From Candidatus Obscuribacterales bacterium (lineage in GTDB: Bacteria > Cyanobacteriota > Vampirovibrionia > Obscuribacterales > Obscuribacteraceae): DNA of 64,000 nucleotides. The notes beneath the pieces are model-generated. The model was not told the origin of the DNA. It ran no database searches and saw only the letters and a program-made list of their open reading frames with translations. Below, piece after piece: positions 20,434 to 31,345 of the stretch (position 1 is its first letter; every line of letters starts with the position of its first letter). Where the stretch lies: contig CBDDIJ010000004.1 in the NCBI GenBank assembly GCA_965228855.1, positions 64,001-128,000 on the forward strand. Reading direction: 5' to 3'. Both the position numbers and the translations under genes were made by a program.

Positions 20434-21392
20434 GCCGCCCTCCTGTCGATCCCGTTCTCGCCGCCATCAATTGCCGCGCCGGCATCGGGCAGGAAGCCGA
20501 GGAGCCAGTCCGCTGCCTTGCTGGCCTGCGAGGCGGCGCGGACGATGGCACGATTGTCCTCGCGCAGCACCTCGAGCCAGGAGGCGAGGTAGTCGGTATG
20601 ACGCACGGTCGGCACGATACCGAGCGCGGCGCAGCAGAAGGCCGCGTTCATCTCGGCGACCAATTCCTCGAAGGCATATTTTTTGGTCCCGAACGAACCG
20701 CCGAGATCGCGGCCGAGCCGCGAGGCATGGCCGGTGGCATGCCCGAGTTCGTGCAGCGCCGTGCGGTGCCAGTTGATCGGCTCGTAATAGGCGGCCGGCG
20801 GCGGCACCACGACATAGTCATGCGCCGGCACGTAGAAAGCGCGGTCGCCACCGATGCGGAAGTCGACGCCGGTCGCCTTGATCAGCGCCTCGACGGTCGG
20901 CTCGATCATGCCCGGCAGAGGCGGCGGCACCACGATGGCGATGTCCTCCGGCAGGCCCTCGCACTGGGCCACGTTGAACACGGTGAAGCGCTTGAGGAAC
21001 GGGATGGCCTGGGCGTCTTCGCCCGTGTCGCGAGCGCGCTGTTTCTCGTCCTCGGGCACGAAGCGGTCGGCATAGACCACGGTCGTGCCGTGTTCGCCCT
21101 TGCGGACATTGCCGCCGAAGGAGAGCGCCTGCCGGAAGGTGAGCCAGCCCTGACCCGAAAAGCCGTGCTGGACCACAGCACCCCATAGGATCAGGATGTT
21201 GATGCCTGAATAGGTGCGGCCCGTGCTGGCATTCTTTGGCAGACCGAGCGGCGCCACGGCGGCAGACGTGCCCCAGGGCTGCACCCAGGGGAAGCGGCCG
21301 GCTTCGAGCTCTGCGATGATCTTGCCGGTGATGTCGTCATAGAGGTTCGCCCGGTCGGCGCCGGCGCGCGCATGGCGTTGAAGTTTGGACAT
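20430..21392 (-). CDS. ardC: ArdC ssDNA-binding anti-restriction protein with zincin-like domain
   Basis: PWVQPW, YSGINIL, WLTFRQA, VRKGE, HELGHATG, EELVAE. Confidence 0.9.
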   Translation of the reverse strand: MSKLQRHARAGADRANLYDDITGKIIAELEAGRFPWVQPWGTSAAVAPLGLPKNASTGRTYSGINILILWGAVVQHGFSGQGWLTFRQALSFGGNVRKGEHGTTVVYADRFVPEDEKQRARDTGEDAQAIPFLKRFTVFNVAQCEGLPEDIAIVVPPPLPGMIEPTVEALIKATGVDFRIGGDRAFYVPAHDYVVVPPPAAYYEPINWHRTALHELGHATGHASRLGRDLGGSFGTKKYAFEELVAEMNAAFCCAALGIVPTVRHTDYLASWLEVLREDNRAIVRAASQASKAADWLLGFLPDAGAAIDGGENGIDRRAA

Positions 21393-21610
21393 CGCGGTTC
21401 TCCGCGACGGGCGCCGGAAGCTCTCCTCCGGCTTGCAACCCGTCACGGCAAACCCGTCCGCACTCTCACTCTTAGGGGGGCGTTGCGGGGTCTCCCCGCA
21501 GAAGGGGGTGCGTCGGCAACGAGAGTGCCGACCAGGGGGAAGGCTTTCCCCCGATCCGCTCCTCGATCCACATCAACGGCCGGCGAGACGTTAAGCGGCT
21601 GCAAACCGCT

Positions 21611-22429
21611 CTACGCCAGGCCCTCCACGATGCTGTCGAGGATCCGACGAATGAACGCGCTGGGATAGACGGCGAAGCGATCACCCTTGGCGTGAGTGAC
21701 GATCCCGTCAAACCGCAGATGGCGCTCCTTGCCGCTGTCGCTCACGATCGAGAACACTGGGGACCCACTGAGGCCGTCGGGATCAATGCTCAACCGGGTG
21801 GACCGTTGGTGCTTGACGAAGATCTCGCGGTTGTCCGGGTCCAGCGGTTCCGGGCTCGCCTGCTCGAGGTCCTGGCGGATCCACCGCGGTGTGAACTTGT
21901 CGAGGCGAAGCTCGCCATCAGGGTCGAGTTCGATCACCATGGAACTGGTCGGGAATCCGAGCAGGAAGGAATAGTCGGTGGCAAGGCCGTTTGCATCTGA
22001 CCAGAGGGTTTGCGACAGGTCGAGATGATTGAGCGGCCGACCGGTCGTTGAATAATCGAGGAACATCAGGTCTTCCAGCGACCGATGTTCCGGGTCGTCG
22101 ATCTTGGGCTTGTGAATCGTGCTTGGCGGCAGGGCAAGCCGCTTGTCGCCGTCCTCCACCACGACGACGAACTTCTCGGCGGACGGCGCGCCGTTGGAAC
22201 CGGAACCCTGGTGCGCCGTCATCAGTCCGAATGACCAGTTCCGGTACCTGCCCATGAACGCTGTCCCGACCTTCTGAAGCTCAAAGAGGGTGTCGCCGGT
22301 GGAGAAGAGGGCTGGCCTGACATAGCGCTGCATCGCGTCGGGAACAGACTTGAACGGCAGGTATGCGCCATTCACCCGCACGCTCATCATGGCATTTGCT
22401 TTTGTCCAGGTCGGTATCGTCACGGCCAA
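21611..22429 (-). CDS. Trypsin-like serine protease domain protein
   Basis: MTAH (His), EDL (Asp), DGLSGSPVF (Ser); start uncertain. Confidence 0.6.
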   Translation of the reverse strand: MAVTIPTWTKANAMMSVRVNGAYLPFKSVPDAMQRYVRPALFSTGDTLFELQKVGTAFMGRYRNWSFGLMTAHQGSGSNGAPSAEKFVVVVEDGDKRLALPPSTIHKPKIDDPEHRSLEDLMFLDYSTTGRPLNHLDLSQTLWSDANGLATDYSFLLGFPTSSMVIELDPDGELRLDKFTPRWIRQDLEQASPEPLDPDNREIFVKHQRSTRLSIDPDGLSGSPVFSIVSDSGKERHLRFDGIVTHAKGDRFAVYPSAFIRRILDSIVEGLA

Positions 22430-22467
22430 GCCTCGAAATCACCAGCGTTCGACGCTAGAATACTTGC

Positions 22468-23091
22468 ATGTGCAATGCCTACGAACAGCATGTGAAATGG
22501 GTCGAGTATGTGAAGCTGATGCAGGAGCACGAGCTCGGCATCCCGACGCAGCAGACCGAACTCGACCTGCCGCAGTCGGACGACGTCCGCATCAATGACA
22601 TGGGACCGGTTATGCGGGCGACGGCCAACGACAATGAAGTCGAACTGACGCCGATGAATTTTGGGCTGCCCTCGGATCAGCCCAAGCGCGGTCCGGTGTT
22701 CAACTATCGCTCCGACGGGCGCAACTTCTCCAACAGCAGGCGCTGCCTCATCCCGGCGTCCGGGTTCTTCGAGTTCACCGGCACGAAATATCCCAAGACC
22801 AAGTATCGCTTCACGCTCAACGGAGCGCCCTTCATGGCGATCGCCGGAATCTGGCGCGAGGCCGAAGGCAATCATTCCGCCTCGTTCGCCATGCTGACAA
22901 CCGAGCCCGGGCCCGACATTAAGCCGTACCATGACCGGCAGGTGGTTGTGCTCAAGCCAAGCGACTGGGCGGCCTGGCTTTGGCTCATCAAACCGGAATC
23001 CGAACTGCTGCGTCCGCCCGCTGCCGGTGCTCTGGCGGTCGAGATGGTCCGCAAGGGCACGAATAAGGTTCGCCGGGCCGAGGTCGGTTAG
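22468..23091 (+). CDS. SOS response-associated peptidase (SRAP/YedK/HMCES family)
   Basis: N-terminal MC, RCLIPASGFFE, IAGIW, YHDRQ. Confidence 0.9.
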   Translation: MCNAYEQHVKWVEYVKLMQEHELGIPTQQTELDLPQSDDVRINDMGPVMRATANDNEVELTPMNFGLPSDQPKRGPVFNYRSDGRNFSNSRRCLIPASGFFEFTGTKYPKTKYRFTLNGAPFMAIAGIWREAEGNHSASFAMLTTEPGPDIKPYHDRQVVVLKPSDWAAWLWLIKPESELLRPPAAGALAVEMVRKGTNKVRRAEVG

Positions 23092-23108
23092 GGATATGGA
23101 GTGCGTGT

Positions 23109-23807
23109 GTGACTGAAACAGCCGAAGGAGCGGCCAAGACGTCGATCGACGTCATTGCGGCGGGCGCGGTTAAGACGTTCGAGAACGCCGAGCAGTTGTT
23201 TTTCGAGGCAGAATTGCTTGCCAAGGCGGGAGCGGTCTCGCGCGCCCTGTTCCTGCACCAGATTTCTCTCGAGGAGTGCTCCAAGATCGAGACGCTCGGC
23301 GCGTGGGCCGTCAGCCTGATTGTCGGCTTCGACGTGGACCAGAAGAAGGTCCTGGCCGCGTTGGCGCGGCACGCGTCCAAGAACAAGTCCAATGCCTATA
23401 TGCTTGAAGGATCCGCGGCCGAGAAGGAGGCCAAATCGCGCGGGGATTTCAAGGCGGCTCTGGATGCGTTCAAGAAGACCCAGGAGGAGTTTCACCACGC
23501 ATCGAACACGGCGAAGAATGCTTCGCTCTACGTGGACTGGGTCGACGGTGCCTTCGTGCCGCCCGGCGAGCGGATCACCAAGGAGATGCTGAGCGAGATC
23601 ACCGCGCGCAACGCAGAATTCTTGGGCTATGCCCACAATGGGATTAAGATGCTCCAGCGGCTGGCGACATCGCCGGACAAGATGGGCGGCCTGATTTCGG
23701 GATTCGTCGAGCAGACTGAAAAGCTCCGAGCCGAGAATCCGGACAACCCGATCCCGCCATGGAGGCACTGCTGGAGCGCTTTCTCGAAGAGGGCAAGCGC
23801 AAGCTGA
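23109..23807 (+). CDS. AbiV-like (HEPN) abortive infection protein
   Basis: ENAEQL..EA..L..SLEECSK..H..K..KNASLYVD; C-terminus may be frameshifted. Confidence 0.7.
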   Translation: MTETAEGAAKTSIDVIAAGAVKTFENAEQLFFEAELLAKAGAVSRALFLHQISLEECSKIETLGAWAVSLIVGFDVDQKKVLAALARHASKNKSNAYMLEGSAAEKEAKSRGDFKAALDAFKKTQEEFHHASNTAKNASLYVDWVDGAFVPPGERITKEMLSEITARNAEFLGYAHNGIKMLQRLATSPDKMGGLISGFVEQTEKLRAENPDNPIPPWRHCWSAFSKRASAS

Positions 23808-23886
23808 AGGACGACAATACGCCTTCGTGAACGGAGCGGCGTCCGCTCACGTCAGAAGCGGACGGCCCTCTGGCTGTTGCACGGTA

Positions 23887-26800
23887 TCACCGGAAGTCGC
23901 GTGTCTTCACCCTGATCGGATCGACATTCAGCGTCGGATCCACCACGTCGCGCGGCCTGAACCCTTTCGGCAGGCTGCGCGGATCGATCCCCGGGCCGCC
24001 ATGGTGTGCCTCGTCGCCGCGCCCATGTGGCAGCGGAAAAGGCGTATCGCGGTTGCCGACGCTGGCGAGTTCCCCGGACAGGTCAACGAGTTGGTTGGCG
24101 ACGAGATGAACGACCTCGCCTTCGCGCTGAATCCTGCCGCGAACGGCGAGCATCGACGAGGAGAGGAGCACGCGGCGGAATTTCTCGAAGACCTTGACCC
24201 AGACCACGACATTGGCGGCGCCGGTCTCGTCTTCCATAGTGAGGAACATGACACCCTTGGCCGAACCGGGGCGCTGACGCACCAGCACCAGCCCCGCGGC
24301 CTCCAGCCAGCGGCCGTCGCGGGCCTGCATTGCCTGGCGGCAGGTCACGATGCGGCGTCGGACAAGGTCGGCGCGCAGGAAGGACAGCGGATGATTGCGC
24401 AGCGTGAGCCCGACATGTCCGTAATCCTCGACCACTTCCCGTCCGGCTGTCATCGGGCGCAGGGGCACGGCCGGTTCGTGAATCTCGGAGACGGTATGCC
24501 GCTCCCGCGCCGAGGCGGCGGCAAAGAGCGGCAAGGGTTCGTCGCGCAGCCCCTTGAGGGCCCATAGCGCCCCGCGACGGGCCAGGCCGAGATCGGCGCG
24601 GAAGGCATCGGCTTCGGCCAGTTGCACGAGCGACGTCGCGGGAACGCCCGCCCGATGCCAGAGGTCATCGATCGAGGCGAAAGGCTCGTCCGCCCGTGCC
24701 GCGACGATCGCGCCGGCGTCGGCATTGGCGAGACCTTTGACGAGGCGGAGACCCAGACGGACGGCAAACCGGGCCATCCTCGCCGGCCGGTTCCAGCGTG
24801 CAGTCCCAGCGACTGGCATTGATGCAGACGGGTCGGATCTCGACACCATGATCGCGGGCATCGCGCACGATCTGTGCCGGCAGATAGAAGCCCATCGGCT
24901 GGGAGTTGAGCAGCGCGCAGCAGAAGACGTCGGGATGGTGGCATTTCATCCAGGATGACGCATAGGCGATCAGCGCGAACGAAGCGGCGTGGCTTTCGGG
25001 AAAGCCGTAGCTGCCGAAGCCTTCGAGTTGCTTGAAGGTGTTGGCCGCGAAGTCCGGGGTATAACCATTGGCGATCATGCCGCCGATCAGCTTGTCCCTG
25101 AACTTGCTGACCCCGCCGGTGTGCTTGAACGTCGCCATGGCGCGGCGCAACTGGTCGGCTTCGCCGGCGGAAAAGCCGGCGCAGACCATGGCGACCTGCA
25201 TCGCCTGTTCTTGGAACAGCGGTACACCCAGCGTCTTGCCCAGCACGCGCTCGAGCTCGGGCGTCGGGAATTCGACCGGCTCCTTGCCCTCGCGGCGGCG
25301 AAGATAGGGATGGACCATGTCGCCTTGGATCGGACCGGGGCGAACGATGGCGACCTCCACGACCAGATCGTAGAAGGTGCGCGGCTTGATGCGCGGCAGC
25401 ATCGACATCTGCGCGCGGCTTTCGATCTGGAAGACGCCGATCGTGTCCGCCTTGCGGATCATCGCATAGGTCGCCGGGTCCTCTGCCGGGATGCTCGCAA
25501 GGTCGAGGGTGACACCCTTGTGCTCGCTGAGGAGGTCGAAGGAGCGCTTCATGCATGTGAGCATGCCGAGCGCCAGCACGTCGACCTTCATGAATTTGAG
25601 GATGTCGATGTCGTCCTTGTCCCATTCGATGACTTGGCGATCTACCATGCGCGCCGGCTCGATCGGCGCCAGGTCATCAAGCCGGTCATTCGTCAAAACG
25701 AAACCGCCCGGATGCTGCGACAGGTGCCGCGGCGTCCCTTCCAGTTGCTGTGCGAGCTCGAGAGTCAGCCGCAGGCGTCGATCCGCCAGGTTGAAATTGA
25801 GTTCGCGGGCGCGCGTCTCGTCGATGCCCTCGCCGTGGCCCCAGACCTGGGAGGAGAGCAGCTTGGTGACGTCCTCGGGCAGGCCAAGCGCCTTGCCGAT
25901 GTCGCGGACGGCGCCCTTGGTGTGATAACGCACGACGGTCGAGCAGAGCGCGCTGTGGTCGCGGCCATAGGTCTCGTAGACCCACTGCATGACGATCTCG
26001 CGCCGTTCATGCTCGAAATCGACGTCGATGTCTGGGGGCTCCTTGCGCTCCTGGCTGACGAAACGCTCGAAGAGGAGGTTGTTGCGTTCGGGATCGATGC
26101 TGGTGATACCCAGCACATAGCAGACGGCTGAATTGGCGGCCGAGCCTCTGCCCTGACACAGGATCTCCCGGCTGCGCGCGAACTGCACGATGGCGTTCAC
26201 GGTCAGAAAATACGGCGCATATTGCAGCGTCGCGATCAGCCTCAATTCATGTTTGATGAGGGCGATGACCTTGTCCGGGACGCCTTCGGGATAGCGCCGT
26301 TCGGCGCCTTCCCAGGTGAGTTTCTCAAGCGCCTGCTGCGCCGTCAGTCCGGGCAGCATCTTCTCTTCCGGATATTGATACGCCAGTTCGTCGAGCGAGA
26401 AGCGGCACTGGCGGACAATCTCGTGCGTGCGCGCCAGGGCTTCGGGATAGCGGGAGAACAGCCGTGCCATTTCCTCGGGCGGCTTGAGATAGCGGTCGGC
26501 ATGGCGCTCGCGCCTGAAGCCCAACTGGTCGATGGTGATGTTGTGGCGAATGGCCGTCACCACGTCCTGCAGGATGCGCCGGCCGGGTTCGTGGAACAGA
26601 ACGTCGTTCGTCACCACCGTCGGCACCCGCATCCGGGTGGCGAGGTTGGACAGTTCGTGCAGGCGAAGCTGGTCGTTGGGCCTGCGCCGCAGGGTCAGGG
26701 CGAGATAGGCGCGGTCCTTGAAGGTTTCGCGCAGGCGCCGCAGCTGCATCGCGCAGGTCTCATCCGCCTGATCAGGGACAAGGACAGCGATGAGACCCTC

Positions 26801-27154
26801 CGCGTAGGTGGCGACGTCGTCCCACTCGAGGTGGCATTTGGCCTTGCCGCCGCGCTTCTTGCCCAGGGTGAGCAGCCGGCACAGCCGGGAATAGGCGGCG
26901 CGATCGGTGGGATAGACCAGCACCGACATGCCATCGACCAGATCGAGGCGGCAGCCGACGATGAGCCTGATGCCGGTGTCCCTCGCGGCCTGATAGGCAC
27001 GCACGATTCCGGCGAGGGAATTGCGGTCGACCACGGCCAGGGCCTCGATGCCGAGCAGAGCTGCCTGGGCGAATAGTTCGTCGCAACTGCTCGCACCGCG
27101 CAGGAACGAGAAGTGGCTTGTGACCTGCAATTCCGCATAGCGCGGCCCGCTCAT
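23887..27154 (-). pseudogene. dnaE2: Error-prone DNA polymerase DnaE2/ImuC with a 1-nt frameshift near 24772
   Basis: PHP domain, [24 protein letters not shown]-terminal OB fold and TRDFR; removing one C gives EDGRFAVRLG. May be a sequencing error. Confidence 0.85.
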
Positions 27155-28671
27155 GCGAAGACCCCATGCAGAAACCACTTGTGCGAGCCGGTCTCGGGGT
27201 CCTCGCCGTCGCCGGCGCGGTAGATCCAGAAGCGTTCCCCGGAGGCATCCTCCACCTGGAAATAGTCGCGCACGGCAATGAGCTCGGCATCGCGCTGCCA
27301 CCATTCGCCGAACACCCGCTCCGGGCCGTCTGCCCGGGCGACGCGATGCCGGATGCCGCGCCAACTGAACCAGACCGGCGGATGGTCGGGCAGCAGCGCC
27401 ATGGTCTCGATGGGTTCGGGATGCGCCAGCAGACGCGGCGGGCGCGGCCAGTCGCCTGGCCAACTCGTCCCGTCATCGGGCGCGGTCGGCGCAACGCGCT
27501 GGATCGAGCGTTCCGGCACGTCGCTCTCGACCGGGGCAAAGCGATAGAGCCGCTGTTCGCCGATGCGGTTGCTGAGCGTGTCGATGAGGTCGGTGATGTC
27601 CGGCTCCGGTTCCTCGACCAGCGATGAAATGATCTGCCTGGCGCCAAAGGGCTCGGCGAGCGTTGCGGCCAGCGTCATGACCTCGATGCCGAAACCGGGG
27701 TCGACGGTTTCGATCCGGTCGGTGAGGAGCCGGGTCAGCCGCTTGACGTCGCGCACGGGCACGGCGGTCCCGGCGCGGATGGCTTGGATCCGGTTGTCGA
27801 CGCGATGAAAGACGAGATCCAGCCGGCGGGCGCCGAGGCCCTTGGCCTCGAGCGCCTCGCAAAGCGCCGTCACGAGTTTGCCGGTATAGCGGGCGATGGT
27901 CTCGGCGGCGCTGATCGGCTCGCCGAAGGCGCGGCGCACTTCGATGATTTCGGGTGAGCGGGCGGGCTCGAACGGTTCGCCGCGCCGGCCCAGAGCCTGA
28001 TCGAGACGGCGGCCAAGCTCGGGCCCGAAGCGCAGGGTGAGAGAGGCGGGCGGCGCCGCTTCGAGGTCGCCGACCCGCTCGAAGCCAAGCGTGAGCAGGC
28101 CGGCGACGATCTCGTGGGCAAGCCGCAAGGCGCCGATTGGAAGCCCGCGCACTATCGCCGTGGCTTGCCCCACAGGCGCAATGAAGGTCGGGCGGGCGAG
28201 GAAGCGCGCGCAGGCATGCGCCGCGCCCCAGGTGTCCGCGACGGCGGCACGCGCGTCGATGCCGGACGCCGCCAGGCGCGACACCAGTCCCTCGAGCATC
28301 GCCTCTTCGCCGCCATGCAGATGATCGGCGCCGGTGGTGTCGATGATGAGGCCATCGGGCGGATCGGCGGCGACGATCGGCGCGTAGCGCAGGCACCAGA
28401 GCGCCATTTTATCGAGCGCTGCGGTATCGCCCGCCGCGTCGAGGTCGAAGCTCTGGAGGTTGGGTACCAGAACCTGGGCCTTGCTCGCCGGCATGCCGAC
28501 GCGCAGGCCGGCCGCGCGCGCTGCCGCATCGGCGGCCAGCACCAGCCGCCGGTTCCCCTTCCGGCCGAGCATGACGATCGGGGTTTTAGCCGAGGGCGCG
28601 GATGCGCCCATCGCGCGCCGCAGGCGATCGGTCGGCCAGGTCGGAAAATAGAGCGAGACGACCCTTGTCAT
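27151..28671 (-). CDS. imuB: ImuB (inactive Y-family polymerase)
   Basis: [17 protein letters not shown]-terminal [19 protein letters not shown]. Confidence 0.9.
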   Translation of the reverse strand: MTRVVSLYFPTWPTDRLRRAMGASAPSAKTPIVMLGRKGNRRLVLAADAAARAAGLRVGMPASKAQVLVPNLQSFDLDAAGDTAALDKMALWCLRYAPIVAADPPDGLIIDTTGADHLHGGEEAMLEGLVSRLAASGIDARAAVADTWGAAHACARFLARPTFIAPVGQATAIVRGLPIGALRLAHEIVAGLLTLGFERVGDLEAAPPASLTLRFGPELGRRLDQALGRRGEPFEPARSPEIIEVRRAFGEPISAAETIARYTGKLVTALCEALEAKGLGARRLDLVFHRVDNRIQAIRAGTAVPVRDVKRLTRLLTDRIETVDPGFGIEVMTLAATLAEPFGARQIISSLVEEPEPDITDLIDTLSNRIGEQRLYRFAPVESDVPERSIQRVAPTAPDDGTSWPGDWPRPPRLLAHPEPIETMALLPDHPPVWFSWRGIRHRVARADGPERVFGEWWQRDAELIAVRDYFQVEDASGERFWIYRAGDGEDPETGSHKWFLHGVFA

Positions 28672-29347
28672 CGCAGGCTTCCACTTCAAAGTCGGCGCTT
28701 TCTCCCGCCCGCACTCGGATGAGTTCGAGCTGCCAGCGCGCACGGCCGACGCCGGGGACCGGCAAGGAACGGGAGGGAAGCGCGGAGACACGCCAGCGGG
28801 TGACCGCGGCGGTCGGTTGTCCAAAATCGGTCGCTTCGGTCTGCCGACGCCAGCGGCGGATGGCGATGCCGATGGCGCCGGATGTCTCGGCGGCCAGTTG
28901 CAGCCGGCGGGAGGCGGTCATGGAGAGCCGGGCCAGTTCGGCAACGACGGCGCCTAGCCCGCCATGGCGAAGCCCTTCCTCGAAGCAAGCGAGCACCGAG
29001 GCTTCGTCGCCGGCCTCGACATAGACGACACGGCCGGGCAGCAGCCCGGCCTGGGCCAACGCCGGAGCGAAGAGATCCTGCCGGGTGACACACCAGAGCA
29101 CCTTGCCTTTGGTGCGCGCGGCGATGCCGGCGGCAAAGAGCGCCGCGGCGGCCCCATCGATCGCCCCGTTGCGGCCGCCCGCAACCTCATGCAGCGCCCC
29201 GAGCGCCAGCCCGCCTCCCGGCAGGACTTTGTCGATACCGGGAACGCCGAAGGGGAGCACTGCACGATGGCGCGCCGGCCCGCCTTCGAGGCGTGCGATT
29301 CGCTCGCGAAGCGCAGCGATAGCAGGGCTGGCGGCCGGCTGACCCAT
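28586..29347 (-). CDS. imuA: ImuA (RecA-like)
   Basis: LPGGGLALGALHE, SRRLQLAAE, TRWRV; first gene of the cassette. Confidence 0.88.
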   Translation of the reverse strand: MGQPAASPAIAALRERIARLEGGPARHRAVLPFGVPGIDKVLPGGGLALGALHEVAGGRNGAIDGAAAALFAAGIAARTKGKVLWCVTRQDLFAPALAQAGLLPGRVVYVEAGDEASVLACFEEGLRHGGLGAVVAELARLSMTASRRLQLAAETSGAIGIAIRRWRRQTEATDFGQPTAAVTRWRVSALPSRSLPVPGVGRARWQLELIRVRAGESADFEVEACDDKGRLALFSDLADRSPAARDGRIRALG

Positions 29348-29396
29348 GGATAAATCACTCTCAAACAGGCTTCCCAATGGATTTCTGGGTTGAAAT

Positions 29397-29411
29397 GTTC
29401 CCTATTTGTTC
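29397..29411 (-). promoter_or_regulatory. Alphaproteobacterial LexA box upstream of imuA
   Basis: GTTC-CCTATTT-GTTC is a perfect GTTC-N7-GTTC. Confidence 0.85.
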
Positions 29412-29563
29412 TATTGATGCGGGAGGAGTCAATCGGACCCGTCGTCCACCTGCTAGAAAGGCATTTAAACTGATGGCTCGCATCTGGATCGAACTCGATC
29501 TAGCAGCAGTGACCGGCATAAACTGGCTCAGCTCCGATGGCCGCCCCCGTCTAGGGAGCAGAC

Positions 29564-30355
29564 CTATACCAGTTTGTTTTCACGGGAACCCTTGAAGGCG
29601 GTCCAGGCGTCTAGCCCTTCGCATGGTAGCTTTACCGTTCCCCTCGAGGCCAAGAGTTCAATCGTGCCTGGGGAATGACCGGTAAAGGCGCTGACAAATT
29701 CCTTGGAAGCGGTTGTTCCCGAGCCCGGTTCGAAGAAGGCGAGGTAGAAAATATAGCTCTGCAGGTGGACTATCCGAAGAAGCTTGCTCTTCCCGGAAAT
29801 CGTGACGTAGGCGTGTCCGACACGGTTTAGCCTCGGCTCCCAGATTTCTGGCTCATCTCCACCTCCGAGGTACTGCTCGCGGTCTCTCGGTGAGACCTTG
29901 CCGGGATAGCAGAGTTGGAGAAAAAGCCTCACGGAACGGCCGAGCTGCTCCTGCCCCTTAAGAATATAGGGAAGCAGCGGTGGGTACACGATCAGGTCCA
30001 TTGCCTCGTGCATGCGCGCCGAGTTGTAGGACATTTTCAGAAGCCACCGTTTGAGCAGATGGTAGTCGTAGTCGAAGGTGACCGTTTCCCCTCGCGTGAG
30101 GATGCGCGCACAGTGGCGATCAAAGAGGGAGCATATATACGCATCGAGTGTGGAGAGCGGGCCGTTGTTACAGACCTCGCATACATCCTTGATGACGGGT
30201 TCGCCCGCAATCTCTTGATCGATGCGCCGCAGCCAGAATCGGCTGCTTTCACGCGCGCCTAGGTCAAGCATGCGCTTATGCAGGGATGCGGGAAAGAGAT
30301 GTTCCTTCGTCCGCCTATTCTCTGTTGGACCGCAGTAAGCGCAGCTCCATTCCAC
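29564..30355 (-). CDS. HNH-endonuclease-like protein
   Basis: CAYCG..TKEHLFP..VCEVCNNGPLS. Confidence 0.7.
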   Translation of the reverse strand: MEWSCAYCGPTENRRTKEHLFPASLHKRMLDLGARESSRFWLRRIDQEIAGEPVIKDVCEVCNNGPLSTLDAYICSLFDRHCARILTRGETVTFDYDYHLLKRWLLKMSYNSARMHEAMDLIVYPPLLPYILKGQEQLGRSVRLFLQLCYPGKVSPRDREQYLGGGDEPEIWEPRLNRVGHAYVTISGKSKLLRIVHLQSYIFYLAFFEPGSGTTASKEFVSAFTGHSPGTIELLASRGTVKLPCEGLDAWTAFKGSRENKLV

Positions 30356-30465
30356 CAGCGATAGTCCTCCTATCAGATGTCAGCATCGTCTCTCTTTGCT
30401 GAAAGGCACAATTGGAATCTATCAGGCTGGTGGACTAACAGCCAAATGGCCTCGTATGGCAGGAG

Positions 30466-31305
30466 GTGCCATTGACCGCTACGAAGTTCGTCATCGATAG
30501 CAGCAGGCTGCAGTCGTCCGAGTTGCGCGAGTTCCTCAGCGCAAGTGCGGCGAACCTGGCTGTGCTTCCGGACTTCGCCTGGTTCGAAGTCTACAAGCAG
30601 GAGACCGTCGAGGCGGTTCTCGCTTTCCTGTCGGTCATCAGCGATTTCCCCGAACAGATCATCGTTCTCAAGTCCGGAGGAGAGATCGCGAGAATGAACC
30701 TCGGCCGGTCCAGCGAGATCGTAGCGATGGAGCAGCAGGGCATCGCACCCCTGCTTCGCGAGATGGCCGATATCATGAACGGACCTCGAAGCGGCGATGC
30801 AATTGTCCTGCAGCAACTAAGGAAGTTATGGAGCGCCGCTGCCGTCAATCGCGCTGGGATGTATGAGGGAGCGATCGACATCGTGACCTCGCTGCCGGAG
30901 ATGTCTGAGCAGATGTTTTCGCAGCACGAGGTACGGATCATCCGTACGAACGGGCGGTACACTGAAGCGATGTTCGCCAGCATTTTTGGTGCTGCTGAAC
31001 AGGTATGGGAAACCTTGGCTGAGGAGTACGGCCTGCCGTGGCGGTCAATGCACCGCGACAATGCAGTAAACGCCTACCTTTTCCGATATTCGCTCGGCAT
31101 CGTCATCTATCTCCTCTGGTGGATACGGACTGGCAGCCCGAAGATCGAGCGCGTCGATCGGATACAGAACGACCTTATTGACCTGAGCTTCGCGGTATAC
31201 GGAACCTACTACGACGGATTTCTCACCGCCGATCGCAAGGCAGAATGGATGTTTCTCAACCTATCTCGAGCACTCGAGACAGCACGAACGTCCGCCTTGC
31301 GCTAA
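30466..31305 (+). CDS. Hypothetical protein, possible PIN-like fold
   Basis: AGGAGG RBS; FVIDSS..E..NDLID..FLTAD acidic pattern. Confidence 0.55.
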   Translation: MPLTATKFVIDSSRLQSSELREFLSASAANLAVLPDFAWFEVYKQETVEAVLAFLSVISDFPEQIIVLKSGGEIARMNLGRSSEIVAMEQQGIAPLLREMADIMNGPRSGDAIVLQQLRKLWSAAAVNRAGMYEGAIDIVTSLPEMSEQMFSQHEVRIIRTNGRYTEAMFASIFGAAEQVWETLAEEYGLPWRSMHRDNAVNAYLFRYSLGIVIYLLWWIRTGSPKIERVDRIQNDLIDLSFAVYGTYYDGFLTADRKAEWMFLNLSRALETARTSALR

Positions 31306-31345
31306 CCGCAGCTGAGACCAGCGGCGACACCCGCGCGCGGCTCGC

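Noticed and set aside
22447..22461. GTTC-N7-GAAT upstream of SRAP as a LexA box
   Set aside because: Second half-site does not match the GTTC-N7-GTTC direct repeat.
23753..23830. Alternative AbiV C-terminus (AMEALLERFLEEGKRKLK...) in another frame as programmed recoding
   Set aside because: No slippery motif; a single-base indel is more likely and cannot be resolved without reads.
28586..28671. 86-bp imuA/imuB overlap as a frameshift
   Set aside because: Both genes look complete with normal termini, so a simple overlap explains it.
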